Shown here: positions 63,933 through 64,000 of the stretch, piece by piece
How positions within the stretch are numbered: position 1 is the stretch's first letter
Layout of the letters: every line of letters begins with the position of its first letter
NCBI GenBank assembly: GCA_028534125.1
Contig: CM052816.1
Coordinates: forward strand, 26,848,001-26,912,000
From: Lama glama
Lineage: Eukaryota
Length of the DNA: 64,000 nucleotides
Reading direction: 5' to 3'
Notes under the pieces: model-generated
Told to the model about the DNA's origin: nothing
What the model saw: only the letters and a program-made list of their open reading frames with translations
The model's database searches: none
Translations under genes and position numbers: made by a program

Positions 63933-64000
63933 AAAAATGAAGTCTTAACATGCAAGCTCTCTCAGGTTCTGAGTAATCTTTTCTCCTGGCATCATATTTT

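Larger units (their letters stand above)
10923..64000 (-). other. SNX24: SNX24 long first intron (partial); exon 1 lies outside the window
   Basis: No sequence encoding the SNX24 N-terminus (MEVYIPSFRY...) and no CpG island were seen. A long first intron agrees with my recollection of human SNX24. Confidence 0.8.

Noticed and set aside
1..64000. CRISPR array, operon or other prokaryotic-type system
   Set aside because: The sequence is mammalian intron DNA, with no regularly spaced repeat-spacer array and no dense coding regions.

Overview
Mammalian genomic DNA. It is probably camelid: four tRNA-Ala-derived vic-1-like SINEs are present, and I saw no Alu, Bov-A/BovB or PRE-1 elements. The whole window lies inside the sorting nexin 24 gene (SNX24) on the minus strand. 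Two coding exons of the PX domain are present (10922-10839 and 683-579). They are separated by a ~10.2 kb intron and preceded by more than 53 kb of the long first intron. Exon 1 and its promoter were not found and must lie beyond 64000. The rest is intronic and rich in repeats: L1 3' fragments (many with target-site duplications, TSDs), older L1M/HAL1, L2, MIR, MaLR LTRs, MER5A/MER33 and microsatellites, plus a 500-N assembly gap inside an L1. The supplied ORFs are L1 remnants or chance ORFs. I see no convincing new gene system. The most unusual items are retrotransposition and repair scars: an unidentified ~150-bp retro-insert with a perfect 15-bp TSD, a 1.7-kb L1 with two large internal deletions, serial and nested insertions, and a probable 3' transduction. 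Also notable are a (CUG)19 tract in the pre-mRNA sense and a (GGGTCT)5 G-quadruplex motif near exon 2. Repeat subfamily names and most repeat boundaries were judged by eye from remembered consensus sequences and are approximate.
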